Positions 1-59,939 of a DNA stretch of 64,000 nucleotides are shown one piece after another. Position numbers and translations under genes: made by a program. How positions within the stretch are numbered: position 1 is the first letter of the stretch; each line of letters starts with the position of its first letter. This stretch comes from Harriotta raleighana (taxonomy: Eukaryota): NCBI GenBank assembly GCA_050575255.1, contig JBNZDD010013641.1, forward strand, positions 450,694 to 514,693. The letters run 5' to 3'. The notes beneath the pieces are model-generated. The model did no database searches. It was not told the DNA's origin and saw nothing but the letters and a program-made list of their open reading frames with translations.

Positions 1-331
1 ACAGAAGTAAGTTTCTTTTAAACAAATAAAAAAAACACCAGAACAAAGAGAAGTTTATTCCTACTTTAACTACTGACCAGTTGTGCTATTTGCTGAAGTG
101 GTTTGTGGTAAAACAATCATAATTCTTAATTAAAAATACATGTTCCACAATAGAAACTGTTCAACAGAAAGATGGAAGATCCACTCCATTTCACACTGAA
201 AATATTCAGTTACCTTGAACTCTGGCTGAAGCGAATCAAATCTTTTCAGATGCACTTGCGCTTTTACAGGGGAAATACAAAGAAAAAGTAGCCAAAGAAC
301 ATTTTTCAGACACTAAAATACACATGTCCTA

Positions 332-47578
<47,247 letters not shown>

Positions 47579-48450
47579 GGCGTATTTCTGCAGAGGCCGA
47601 GGACAAGCAGGAAAGGAAGGAACCGGCCTCTCGCGCTCTCTCTCTCTCGCTCTGTCAGTCGGTGTCAGGGGTCGAGCTGCTCCGTCGGGAGGAAGAGATG
47701 AATAATGAAGAGGATGTGGAAGGTCTGAGAGGGAGAAAAAAGGAGAAAATATAATTTTTTTCCCCCCTTTTCTTCCCTCACATCAGAAATGACACAACCT
47801 GCTCTTCCCTTCCGATTGCAATGCTAATAATAATAAATAGAATTCAACGTCAACTCCTTTCCTACCTTGGTTTTTTTTCTCTCTCTCTCTCCCCCCAGCA
47901 CCACCTCAGCAGCGGCGCCGCCCTCTCTTTGCGCTCCGTCTCTTTATAAAGCTCCTTACTCCTCACACACAAACCCCAAAACACAGCCGCAGCAGAGTCC
48001 CGCAATGGCGGAAAACCGGAAACAGCCGCGGCGGCGGCAGCGCACTGATACCGCCCTCCTCCCTCAGTCAGCCCAGGGACCCGCCCGTTCTGAGCCGGAG
48101 TGCCGCCCAGAGAGTCAGAGATTGCAGAGAACCATTTCCGGTCTCTGCATTACTCTCTTACAAATTCCTTATTCACTTCCCCTCTTCTTCCTCACCCCCC
48201 AGCTACAGAACTCCTTCACACCCTCCCGTCGAGTTCTGGGAGTTAGTTTGCTAATGGAGCAGAGTAAGGGAATAATGGGGATTATTTTTTTATGGCGGAT
48301 GTGGTCCATTCATTTTTTTGCCACATCATTGGCATATGACTTGACATCACGTCCGGTGTGGCGTCCCCTTCCCCCCCTCCTTCAGGTTCATTCATTGATC
48401 AGCTGACGCTGACGGCCCCCAGCTGTAGCCTTTTGGGAAGATCGTCTTAT
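47579..48450 (-). promoter_or_regulatory. CLTC 5' UTR and CpG-rich promoter
   Basis: Local CpG enrichment; YY1-like CCGCCATTG at about 48002-48011; ETS CCGGAA at 48016-48021 and about 48135-48141; CRE-like TGACATCA at about 48342; TATA-like TTTATAAA at 47943-47950. Confidence 0.7.
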
Positions 48451-48689
48451 CCTCCCAGCAAGTGCTTGCACCACACATACAATATAATAATACCGTATAA
48501 AATGACACTCTGTATTGTATCGTGCCCTTTCACGTCCAGAGGACATCACAAGGCCCTGAGCTGGACAGACTGACCCGGTTTTACAATACAGCAGGAATAT
48601 TTATTAACAGTAGTAGTATTACATAATGACATATGGAAGGTGAAATTTGTAGGTGAAATGCCATATATATTACACCCCTCCTCAGAACA

Positions 48690-50180
48690 CCCCCCCCCGA
48701 TCCCTCTAATCTCTCCCACTACCGTCCCACCTCCAACTTACGCTTCCTTACCAAAGTCGTGGAACGCATTGTCATCCTCCTGACATGAAAGATGCTATAT
48801 AAATGTAATTTTGATTGATTGATTGCAGGTCAACTCCAGTCATACCTCTTCCCTCACTCTCTCCTCAAGCTCCTGAGGTCAGGTTTCAACATGACTCCAA
48901 GGTACAGAGACCGGGCTTGTCAAAGTCACAAACGACATTCTCTCTATCTGTGACCACAGCTCCCTTTGCCTCCTCGTCTTTCTACATCTCTCTGCCATGT
49001 TCGACACAGTCGACCATGCCATCGTCTTCCACCACCTCTCCCTCATCTACATCAGTGGGCCCTCACTCGCATGGTTTGAGTCCTCCTTGACCAACCACCT
49101 CCATTTCATCCCAGTAAATGGTTTCTCCTCCTGTCTCTGCCTGGTCACTTGTGGGGTACCCCAGGCTTCCATTCTTGGCTCTCTTAGTTTCCTTATCTAT
49201 ATGCTCCCTCTGGTCGATGTCATCCACAGACACAGGGTAAATTTACACATGTATGCGGATCACAGACAAATCTACATTGTCTCCTCCAGCAGCAACTCCA
49301 GGTCCACCAATGTTCTATCAGTTTGTCTGGTAGATATCAAGCCCTGGACATGTGTAAGCTTCCTGCAGCTGAACATGGACGAGACGGAAGCCATACTCCT
49401 TGGTCCCATCATTGTTTTCACTCCTGCAGATATGAACTCCTCAACCTCCCTGGGCTCTCCCTCACTGACCAGTGCATAATCTAGTTACCCAGTTTGACTC
49501 TCACTGTCCCTCCTCCCCCACATTTGGTCCCTGACCAAGAGCAGCTTTCCACCTCCGCCACATTGTCTGCCTCCAACAGTACCTTACCCCAAATGCAGCT
49601 GAAACACTTGTGCATGCATTTGTCACTGCCTGCTTGGATTACTGCAACACAGTCCTCACCAGTCTCCCCAGCTCCAACATTCAGCTGATTCAGAAATCTA
49701 GCGCCTACATACTGAATCAGACCAAACTCCGTATCCATATCTCACCAGTTCTGGCCCAGGCTCCTCTGGCTCCCCATCACCGAATGGATCAACTTCAAGA
49801 TCCTCACACTCGTGTTCAACTCCACTCACTCTCTGGCACCTTCCTACTTCTTTGACCTCCTCACTACCCAATCCACCACTCGGCACCTCCGCCCAACTGG
49901 CACCGACCTCCTGCTCATACCTCACACCCTCTGCCCCACCATCGGAGACTGCGCTTTCAGCACCACGCTCCCAAACTCTGTAACACTCACTCATTCCATC
50001 CGTCTTGCACCGTCCCGCTTTTCAAGTCCTGCCTGAAAATCTCCGACCATTCTAACGTCCACCTCCCTCAACTACCCAGCCCCCTGGCTCGGAGTCAGTT
50101 AAGTTAAGCTAAGTCATTGTCAAGCGGTCTGAGACGCTGTTCTGTGTGGAGGGTGCTAAATAAGCGCAAGTTGCTGTTGT
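48690..50180 (+). mobile_element. 5'-truncated L2 LINE retaining a degenerate RT domain, just upstream of the CLTC promoter
   Basis: ORF 48997..49479 FDTVDH...GVPQASILG...HMYADH (YADD mutated)...LQLN; further L2 C-terminal remnants; (TTG) tail. Confidence 0.88.
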
Positions 50181-51334
50181 ATATAGTAATCTGCAGTTTG
50201 TGGAGGGAAAATTTGAGAAGGCCGAACAAGCAAGAGTTGGCAGAGTCGAGTCTAGATGTGACAAATGCATGGATGCAAATACCACAGAGGCAAAAGATGT
50301 GATTGTACAATTATTATTGTTAATTTCTAATATATTTGTATACAATAATAAGGGCAATAAAGCTTCCAAATAATAATTTGGAAATAAGCGNCTAATATAT
50401 TTGTATACAATAATAAGGGCAATAAAGCTTCCAAATAATAAATCTAGCGCCTAGAGTCTTCTTGGAGTTGAAGTGGCTTCAACAATAACAACAAAATTAT
50501 ATTTATAGAGCGGCTTTCACGTCAGGAGGACATAAGGCACTGGTGACATGCCTGTGATGACAGCACAGCCAGCCTGGTTCATTGGTGGGCCCTGGAATGG
50601 CAGACCAGTCACTGATTGACCATGCTTTTGGTCACCTTCTTCCCCCTCCCCCTGGCTCGGCCCTGGATCCGTTATTGGGAACCGCTCTGAGATGCTGTCC
50701 GGCGTGGAGGGCACTCTACAAATCCAAGTTGTTGTTGATGAAGATTGTTAGATCTCAGATCTTGTTAACCGACAAGCCAAAGCCCTAAGGGGTAGAGTGA
50801 TCCTCGCTAGAGAAGATTGCCGGATAGATAAGAGTGTCTTATCACATCACTAAGATGCCTCAAAACACTTCACAGAATACAAATCCCCTGCAAAGGGGAT
50901 TTTGTAGATCAAATGCGGCAACCAATTGTGCAGAGCAGTAGGTGAACAGAAATGTCTGGAAAAAGGAAATTTGCCCAACATTTTGTCCTCCCAGGAATCA
51001 AACCCAGGATCCTTTCACTTCAGATAGCCTGATGATGAATTTTCTGTCTTGGGTATGTGATCAGATCTATTGAGTCAAAATCTGCTGATAGGAGGAGTGG
51101 AAGTGGCTGCACATCAACGTATACCTAGGCATCAACTATCAACTGACTAAATTGAAATTTACAGAGATTGTGAAATACCCTCACTGTAATATGTCTCTCC
51201 TGTTCATTGAAATGTATAGTGTGCAGTCAAGGGTGTTGTAATGTGGAAAACTAAACTGGGAGGTTCACAGCTTCAGTCTCTGAAATGTGGAGTTAACTGA
51301 TGTCATTTAAGCCACTAAAATAATAATAATAATG

Positions 51335-51613
51335 TTAATAATCCTTGCATTTGATATTGTGCTTTTCACGTCTTTTAGACGTTTCAAAGCGCTTCACAGA
51401 ATATACTGTAAAGTAAATTGACTTTATTTTTTGTGGACAAAGCACAGCAGTGTCTCAGGAAGTCATGGATTGAAATGACCTATTTTATTTTTAGGGATTA
51501 TTATCAGGTGTGTTGAGTAAGTAAACTTGCCCAAGGTGTCTCCCTGCCTTGGATTGAACCCAGGTCTCTTGCTTGTAAGGCAGTTGCTCAAAGCACTGAG
51601 CTACAGGATTCCA
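51335..51613 (-). mobile_element. tRNA-derived SINE
   Basis: Reverse-complement copy. Confidence 0.78.
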
Positions 51614-52876
51614 CAATTGGCCTTCCTCTTCACGTCCTCTTAGTTTTTCGGCATTCCCTCTTTTGGGAGGAGGAAATATGTCGAATTTCAAGTCTGGGAT
51701 CCTTCAAAAAACATGTGTGGAGGTATATTTTCCACAGAGGGAAGATTTTTTTTCAAGCTATTCACGTTCCTTTTGAAGATGTCTGCCCAACACAAAGTTT
51801 CTCCCAACTGAGAATGGACAGATCATTTATAATAATAAATATTAATTTATTAATGAATAATAATAATGCTCTTTAATAATAATAGCAGTTGATTGAGGTA
51901 ATCATTTTTTTTAGGGAATTATTACCCCCGGAGTAGCAATTAACTAAATACAGGCCCTCACTGAGGATGGTTTCACTGAGCTGATTTTATAGCAGCTAAC
52001 ATCGACCACATGGCAATCATATCTAACAGCCAGTTGTTTGGAAATCCAAAAGTATTCCTTCTGGGATAGAGCCCCTGTCTGCCCATGTAGTGGGGAGAAT
52101 GATTGACCTCGGTGCAGGGGTAGGGGGGGAAGACAGGGTGGAGGGCTGAGGGAGGAGAAATACACTGATAATTCCAGTTTTTGGAAGAGTGGTTGAGGCG
52201 GGGGGTGGGGGAGGGGGAGAACATGACTGGCCAGGGGTTGGGGTCACTGACTGCTCGGGAAGGGAAAGTGGAGAGGACCGTGACTGCGGTCCTGTTCTGA
52301 ATGATCAGCAGCTTGTAGAGGGAAAGGAAACCAGCTTTGTTGCCTGTTGGGTTTGATCTCAAATAGATTATACAAGCAACCATTTGTAAATTCTTATTTT
52401 TTTTTAGATTATTTTGGTGAGTGTAAAGTCCAAAAATCCCACCAGGCCTTGATGACGTCTCCAGACTGTTTGCAATCACTGCTCCATTTTTTCTCTATCT
52501 GAGTCCTTCCAGGCTGCAAACAACACACGCTGATATCCTCACTAATGGCCCACTATCACAAATGCCCTTGGAATGGAAAATTTAAATGAACTTGAATAAA
52601 ACCTGACATGGAGGCTGAAACTGGAAGTATTCATAATACAGTTCAGATATTTCTAAAATTCATATAAAAATATATATTTGCAGGGTAAATAAGTCACTTA
52701 AGTCTTCCATTGAACTGAACACTGCAGCATATTGTGTTTTTGTCCTTTTGAAGGCAAAGATTCCTGCTGGAAAATGGTCCAAGGTAACCTACCTCCAGTA
52801 TTTAATCCAAGCAACCGTCTTTCATGTGAGAAAGATCAAAATTTGCAGCCCATTGTGTTTGTGCTGGTTCTTGAGT

Positions 52877-53190
52877 AATAACAATAATAATCCTTGCAGT
52901 TGATGTAGCACTTTTCACGTCTTATACTGTAAAGTGAATTGACTGAATACTGTATTTTGTTGATGAAACGTGGCAGCCAATTGCACACAGTAGTGTTCCA
53001 TAAATAGCCATGGATTTTTTTAAAATGTAAAATTTAAAAAATGTAAATTAAATTTTAAAAAGTAAAATAATTTTTAATTTTTTTTTGAGGGATTATTATT
53101 AGGCGTGTGGAATGAGGAAACTTTCCCAACATTTTGCCCTGCCTGGAATCAAATCTAGGTCTCTTGCTTGCAAGGCGAGTGCTCTAACCA
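52877..53190 (-). mobile_element. tRNA-derived SINE
   Basis: Reverse-complement copy. Confidence 0.75.
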
Positions 53191-53889
53191 CGATTTATTT
53201 GGTCAGCCAGGTGTCTGACACGTACAGAAACCCATCTGGCAGCAACACACAGAGCCCCGAGACCTGAGAACCCGATCTCACTGAGTTTGTACGTGTTTGT
53301 AGCAGGAGGGTGGGAATGGGTATTTGTAGCAGAATCTGTGGAAAAATTTCNCAACACACAGAGCCCCGAGACCTGAGAACCCGATCTCACTGAGTTTGTA
53401 CATGTTTGTAGCAGGAGGGTGGGAATGGGTATTTGTAGCAGAATCTGTGGAAAAATTTTAGATGCACTTTTCTATTGACTGAGGTCATGACACTTTTATT
53501 ATTTGTTTTAAATGAGCATTGCAACAGCAAAAAAAAGAGGGATTTTTTGATCATTTCACAATTTTTCCCCGTCACTTCCATGAGGGTTGTGCAATGAAAT
53601 GGAGCTGACAAACTCTAACAACCCAGAGAGAAAGCTGTGTGGCCTTTTCATTGCAGTCTGGGTGCAGAGTTGCTCTCGAAAAATTAACCTTTCTCCTTCA
53701 GACACCGATTGCTGCAGACTTGCATTATTTTTCTGGTTCCCTTTCAGATTTCCATTTTTTAAATCTCTCCTCGTTTTCCCATCTCAAAGAGGGTTCGAAC
53801 ATTTCTGCATAAAAACGCACCATAAAAACTTTCCTTCCCCCCTCCCTTCCTCCCCCACCCCCACCCCAAAATCCATCCTCACGCAAGAC

Positions 53890-53895
53890 TTTATT
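53890..53895 (-). terminator. Candidate DHX40 polyadenylation signal AATAAA
   Basis: AATAAA about 310 nt after the stop, followed by a G/U-rich tract (GGATTTTGGGGTGGGGG); a second AATAAA lies at 53495-53500. Confidence 0.5.
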
Positions 53896-54207
53896 TGCAG
53901 TTCTCAAGTTTACTGAGACCATCATTTGACATGTGCCTTTCATTGGCCTGCAGGCACTGATAGAGGCAATTTGCTTGGAACAATATAAAGTGATCTCTCT
54001 GCGGCAGATGGAATCTAGAGGAGATGCAAGCCTTTACTGTCACTCTTGATAGTGGTTTCAGACTTCCACTCTGCCTGAGCCTGGTGAGAAGGACCTGATC
54101 TTACCCAACAGGTGAGGAACAGTCAACAGCACTTTATGACAGGCTGCTTCCTGTTTCCTTTACCATTTGCTCGTGTATTTTTCCTCTCCTTTGGCTGATC
54201 TCTAATC

Positions 54208-54329
54208 TCAGCGAGCGTTGTTGTGAGACTTCTCGAGCTTTCGCTGAAGGTACCGGGCTCGAGCGTCCGATATGGATTGGTCATCATTCCTCTTCTCCAG
54301 TTTCTTCAGTGCTTCCTCCAGTGCTTGTT
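54208..54329 (-). CDS. DHX40: DHX40 last coding exon (EQALEEALKKLEKRNDDQSISDARARYLQRKLEKSHNNAR*)
   Basis: CAG acceptor in matching phase 1; RNDD.SISDARAR motif; TGA at 54208-54210. Confidence 0.88.
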
Positions 54330-54989
54330 CTGCGGGGAGGAGTGAGAGACAAAACAGGAAGTTGACAATCTGTATTTGAACCTTCAATTTCAACAACAAC
54401 AACAACTTGTATTTATATTGCATGCCTCTCATGCAGGGTAGAGTCTCAGAGCACTTAACAATGGTGGAGCCCGCGAGTTAGCATCTTCCTTATTGTAGAA
54501 AATGGCTACCAGGACTGTATAAGGCGGACGAGATGGACCTTGGTCATTTCTCACCTAGCAATTTCTATGTTCTTATGAATAATAGTTCAGAGGACAGGCA
54601 ATTGCATATGGACCCTCACTCTGAAGCCTACACTCTGATTCAAAGCCGAACTCTAGGAGTCACATGCAGGGCTAATAACAGAGGTTACACTGTTAGATGC
54701 TTTGTTCCCGGAACCAAAACAAATCAGTTACAAAACTTGCGAGAAAATTGCACTGAATAAAAGCTGCTGCTGAGAGCAGCCACATGCTGCAGGGTTAAGA
54801 TCATTCCTTCAACTGCAACAGTAACGTCTCAATTGTATTATCTAAACCTCTAGAAACACATTACACCCATAAAACACACCCTAAACTGCATTTTTGTGCA
54901 AGTGGGAAGAAATGTGGTTTGGTAGATAAATCAAACTCCAAACTGGCACAGAGCCACACAGTACCAGGTTCGATCCCTGGCCCTATGCA

Positions 54990-55715
54990 GGATCTGAACT
55001 GTCCTTCCTCTCCCAAATCTGCGCCATGACCAGAACAGCCTTCCACCACCTCCACAGCATTGCCAGACTCCGCCACTACCTCACCCCACTGCCGAAATAC
55101 ACATCCACACATTCATCACATCTAGGCTCGACTGGGAATTCTCTCCTCGTCGGCCTTCCTAGCTCCTCCCTCACAAGATGCAGTTTATTCAGAACTCTTC
55201 AGCTTGTGTACTCTCCTGCACAAGGCTCCGCGACCACAACACTCCCACCCTCACCCGTCTCCACTGGCTCCCCATCCCCCAGAGGATCGAATTCAAGATC
55301 CTCGTCCTCACTTTCAAGGCCATTCATGGCCTTGCCCCCGCCTATCTCTCCGACATGCTGTCTCCCTATCAGCTTGCCCTTCCCTCCGTTCAGCAGGTTC
55401 TGGCCTGCTCCACGTTCCCCACCCAACCGCTCTACCATCAGTGGCCGAGCTTTCAGCCTCTCTGCCCCCACTCTGGAACTCCATCCCGCAATCCCTTTGC
55501 CTCGCCTCCTCCTTTCCTCCTTCAAGGCCGGTCTCAAGGCCTTTCTCTTCGATTGTGCCTTCTGCTCCCCTCCTAACTCTCCCCACTCTCCTACTCTCCT
55601 TCCCCCTATTCCGCCCCACCCCGCCTCCTGCTCGGGTCCCAATCTAATTGTTTAGCAACTTGGGACATCCTCTCGACGTGAAAGGTGCTCCATAAGTGTA
55701 ATTTCCTGTTGTTGC
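54990..55715 (+). mobile_element. L2 LINE 3' fragment
   Basis: QFIQNSSA...LHWLPIPQRIEFKILVLTFKAIHGLAPAYLSD remnant plus tail. Confidence 0.85.
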
Positions 55716-56784
55716 TTTTGATTTAAAAATCCTCACACTTGTCTCCAAACCCTTCATGCCCTGGCACCTCCCAACTCTCCGTTCTTACACCCCACTCCAC
55801 CGCCTGCTGCCTCCGCTTGTCTTATTCCGGCCTCCTGTTTGTCCCTCGTACTCTCCGTTTTGCTGTTGGTGATCGCATTTTCAACTGTTACTCACTGAAA
55901 CTCCGGCCTGCTCCATGTCTCCTCTATCCCTATAACTTGCACCTCGTTCCCCATCTTGAAGTGGTACCTGAAGATCTTCCTATTCGACCGTGCCTACATT
56001 CAACTCCCTCTTTTCCTTGGCTCAGAGTCATTATCCTCCACTATCAAGCTCTCTTGGACGCTACCGTGCATGAGGGGCACAGTGTAAATGCAAGTTGCTG
56101 TGGTTAGCTCAGCTCAATAGGAATTCACTGGCATCAACAGCTACTGGTTGGGAGAGGGTGAAAGAAATCATGTCACGATTTCTTTATCCAACTCTTTTTT
56201 AATTACTCTCCTTTGCCACAGTCAAAGGTGTTTGTGTAGACATTGTAGAAAAATCTAACTTTACTGTGATATTTCTCTGCCTCCCAACAAGGCTTACTAA
56301 CTAGCCTTATAGAAATATCCATTTCTTATGATAATAATCCTTGAATTTGATTATAGCATCTTATCATGTTGGCAAGATGACTTAAAGCGCTTCACAGGAT
56401 CGATTGTTAACTGTAGTGAGTGACTGTGTATGAGGCAACCACAGCAGACAAATTGCACACTGCAATGACCCACAATCAGCATCGTCTGGGAGTTCAAATC
56501 TCCAACACGGTAGGGCTNGAACAGGGCATAGTGCTACCAACTGAGTCTGATTCACACTTGGCTTGAAAACAGTATTAAAGGATGCCTTCCACCATCTTGG
56601 CTATCACGTGTACAGGTCAGGTCACAAACTATATACTGTATCCCAAGCTATCATTTCCTGAAATAAAATCTGATCTAATTTGCTTTGGAAAGAATCAACA
56701 ATTTCTGCTTCTACTTTCTCCCTAGGGAGTCTGTTCCACATAATTACTAGAGGGAGGAAATTTCAAAGTGTGCCACAACAACAA

Positions 56785-57350
56785 CTTGCTCGACTACGGC
56801 AACTCCCTCCTTCTCGACCTCACCAGCTCTTCCCTTCCACAAGCTGCAGATCATCCAAAACTCTGCAGCTTGTGTCCTCTCCCGCACCAGGCTCCGGGAC
56901 ACCATCACCCCCACACTCGCCAGCTCCGCTGACTCCCGAATTCAAGATCCTTGTCCTCACTTTCAAGGCCCTCCACAGAGTTTCCCCCTCCTACCTCTTT
57001 GACCTGCTGACCCCTATCAACCTGTCCGCTCCCTGCCTTCAGCAGGCTCCGGCCTGCTCCATGTCTCCCGCCCGACCTGCCTTACCATCAGTGGCCAGGC
57101 CTTCAGCCTCTCTGCCCCTACACTTTGGAACTCCATCCGTTGCTTCGCCTTGCTCCCTTCCTTGCCTCCTTCAAGATCGGTCTCAAGACTCTCCTCTTCA
57201 ACCATGCCTTCAATCGCTCTCCCACCTCTCTGGCCTCCCTCATCCCAACCCTGCACCCACCCTTGCTCAGGTCTCAAATCCTAACTGTTCCGTGACTTGG
57301 GATGTCCTCCTGGCGTGAAAGGCGCTCTACAAATGTAATTTTGTTGCTAT
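56785..57350 (+). mobile_element. L2 LINE 3' fragment
   Basis: EFKILVLTFKALH remnant; tail GAAAGGCGCTCTACAAATGTAATTTTGTTG. Confidence 0.8.
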
Positions 57351-57415
57351 TTATACAGCGCCCATCATGCTGGAGGGTGTCTCTGAGCGAGTGTCATTGC
57401 TGAGTTAGAGTGTAC

Positions 57416-57641
57416 CTGATTTTTGTTTAGAATCTTGCCTTGCTCCCCTTGGCACTGTACACTCAGTCACCTGAGCCCTCGCCATGCTGCTCAGCTGGTA
57501 CAAGTCGATTTCGTGCAGTTTGGGCAGCAGGTCCTTTACCCACTCATAACGAATCGGGCACAACGTCCGCACGTATATCTTGGATGTAACCAGGACATCG
57601 TGAAATATAACCCAGTCCAGTTGGTTTTCCTGATCAAACAG
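57416..57641 (-). CDS. DHX40: DHX40 penultimate exon ([44 protein letters not shown]...KQKS)
   Basis: CAG acceptor, G|GTACAC donor, 226 nt, open frame; [16 protein letters not shown] motif. Confidence 0.9.
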
Positions 57642-58039
57642 CTGGGAAGGAAGTGAAGTTTATTTTAAATTTAAAAAGTATGAATAATAATACTTGCAAT
57701 TTGATGTATAGCTCCTTTTGGTTGCTGTTGTTCACATTGGAAGGATGTCTCAAAGCATTTCACAGGATATACAGTTCCGCAAAGCCCTCTGAGATGCTAT
57801 CCTGCATGGAGGGCGCTATACACCTGCAAGTTGTTGTTGCTGTTGTGACTGTATTTTATAAGCCAATTTACACACAGCAACATCCCACAAACAGACACAA
57901 AATAAATGTTGCCTCTGATGTCTCCTATGGTTGAGCATTTTACTGACGCTCAATGTCTTGGCGACATACACGTGAGAAATAGCCATTTGATTGAAGTACT
58001 GGAGGGCCTGCCAACTACTTTGTACTGACAGCCACTGTG

Positions 58040-58425
58040 TTATCCTGGCCAAGTGATAGAGCTCTCGCCTCTGAGTCAGAAGCTTGTGACGTGAACTCAC
58101 ATAATCCAAAGCAGCCGTCTACAGCAGTGTTGCATTGTCAAAAGGTACCATTCTTTGGTTGGAGATTTTAAATTGAGGTCCTGTTTGTCTGTGCAGGTGG
58201 ACATTAAAGATCCCATGGGACTATTCAAAACATAAATGGGAATTTCTCCCAGTGTCCTGGCCAACAGCCCCCCATTAAAATCGCTTACTCTTTCATGGCT
58301 TTTATTTGTAGGATGTTGCTGTGCACAATTTTGCTGCCTCATTTGCCTATAAATGCTGTAAATCTTATGAAACACTTTGAGATGTCCTCCTGACATGAAA
58401 GGCGCTATACCAAGCACAAGAAGTA
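58040..58425 (+). mobile_element. SacSINE1-like DeuSINE, near full length
   Basis: Head, core (CAGGTGGACATTAAAGATCCCATGG...TGCTGTGCACAATTTTGCTGCC) and L2-type tail. Confidence 0.65.
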
Positions 58426-58769
58426 TTATTGTTAACATAAAATAATAAAAATTAAACCTGTTCACTTCAAACTACAACCGTTTGTGGGGACATTCTTGTG
58501 TTCAATTGGCTGCCACGTTTCGCCCACAAAGTGTACAGTCAATTCACTTTACAGTGTATACAGTATTCTGTAAAATGCTTTGAGATGTCTCGAAGACGTG
58601 TTAAAGCTCTTTATTAAATGCAAGACTTATTATATTATTATGAATCAGTGTGAGATACGAGGAGAGTGTGAGCATTGCAAAAAGCAAACTCAGGAGAAAG
58701 TTGATACGCCTCGAAGGCATGTTAAGGCACTATATCAAATGCAAGGATTGTTATTAGCTCACTGCTATA

Positions 58770-59118
58770 CAGCTCCTGTAGCTCAGTGGTTTGAGCACTC
58801 ACCTTACAAGCATGAGACCTATGTTCGAATCCAGGTAGATCAGGGCGAAGCCTTGGGCAAGTTTCCTTACTCCACATGCCAAATAATAATCCGTCCCATA
58901 AAAAACCCACATTATTAAAAATTGGTCATTTCCAATCCACGACTGTTTGTGGGACACTGCTGTGTGCAATTGGCTGCTGTGTTTTGCCCGTTTTTGTGGG
59001 CTGTAAATTGGTAGCCGTGTTTGAAACACGGCTGCCAATTTACAGTATATTCTGAAGTGCTTTGAGACGTCGATAAGATGTGAAAAGCGCTATTTCAAAT
59101 GCAAGGATTATTATTATA
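58770..59118 (+). mobile_element. tRNA-derived SINE
   Basis: TAGCTCAGTGG A box, GTTCGAATCC B box, core and tail. Confidence 0.85.
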
Positions 59119-59434
59119 TATGGAACTTTTTTTATTTATTATTGTTGATGTTGATGTAGTTTATTGTTGTTGTTTAATTCCCCCCCTGCCTGCTCCTTTT
59201 TCTTCTTCTTCCCTCTCTCTTTCCCCCCTTCCCCCCCTTTCTCCCTGATTTTGCCCTCCATCCACCTTTCCCTCCCTCTTCCCCCTTGACACCATTTCTC
59301 CCTCCTTGTCCTCCCTGATTTCCCCCTTGTCCCCCTTCCTCCCCCCATTTTCCTCCTTGAGTTTACCTCAACCGCTTTTCCCTCCATGTCCCCCCTTGCC
59401 ATCTTTTCCCCCTTTCTCCCCCGGCCCCATTTCC

Positions 59435-59902
59435 GTGTCTGTTTGTGGGACACTGCTGTGCGCAATTTGGCTGCCGCATTTTGCCCCCAAATATACACCT
59501 GGCTTTCCTGCTCTCTTCCCTCTACCCCGACCCCTCCCCTTACCCTCTTTACCCCTTTCATCGCTGGCCCCCTCCCTTCCACGACTGTTTGTGGGACACT
59601 GCTGTGTGCAATTTGGCTGCCGCGTTTCACCCACAAATATACAGTCAATTTTCCTACTCCTTCCCACGACCCCTCCCCCCCTNNNNNNNNNNNNNNNNNN
59701 NNNNNNNNNNNNNNNCGCCCCCTCCCCCCCTGCTCTGACCCCTACCCTTTTCCCCCCCTTTCTTCCCTCTTTTTTTTCCCTACCCCGACCACCCCCACCT
59801 GCTTTGGTCCCTACCTTAGGACGTTGTTGTACTCTGTAAAGCGCTTTGGGACGTCGATAAGATGTGGAAAGGGCTATATAAATCTAAGTATTATTATTAT
59901 TA
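59435..59902 (+). mobile_element. Composite SINE variant: duplicated Deu core with C/T-rich spacers
   Basis: GTGGGACACTGCTGTG(C/T)GCAATTTGGCTGCC present twice, pyrimidine spacers, SINE-type tail; contains an N gap. Confidence 0.75.
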
Positions 59903-59939
59903 CATACAGAATAAAACCATTTGTTGTATAGCTGCTTAC

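Noticed and set aside
47867-48406. 179-aa plus-strand ORF divergent from CLTC
   Set aside because: Lies in the GC-rich promoter, has a non-ATG start and no recognisable domain; its internal ATGGCG is the YY1-like motif.
51032-51088. C/D box snoRNA-like pair (ATGATGA...CTGA)
   Set aside because: Only 57 nt, intergenic, on the strand with no host gene, with a minimal terminal stem and no recognisable guide.
53244-53460. About 107-bp direct repeat that looks like a repeat array unit
   Set aside because: Joined by a single N at 53351; probably two haplotypes of one sequence. The same applies to the joins at 50391 and 61643.
56680-57318. 212-aa ORF, and similar ORFs at 55026..55655 and 12766..13311
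   Set aside because: Shifted or partial frames of decayed L2 3' ends; C-rich sequence is naturally poor in stop codons.
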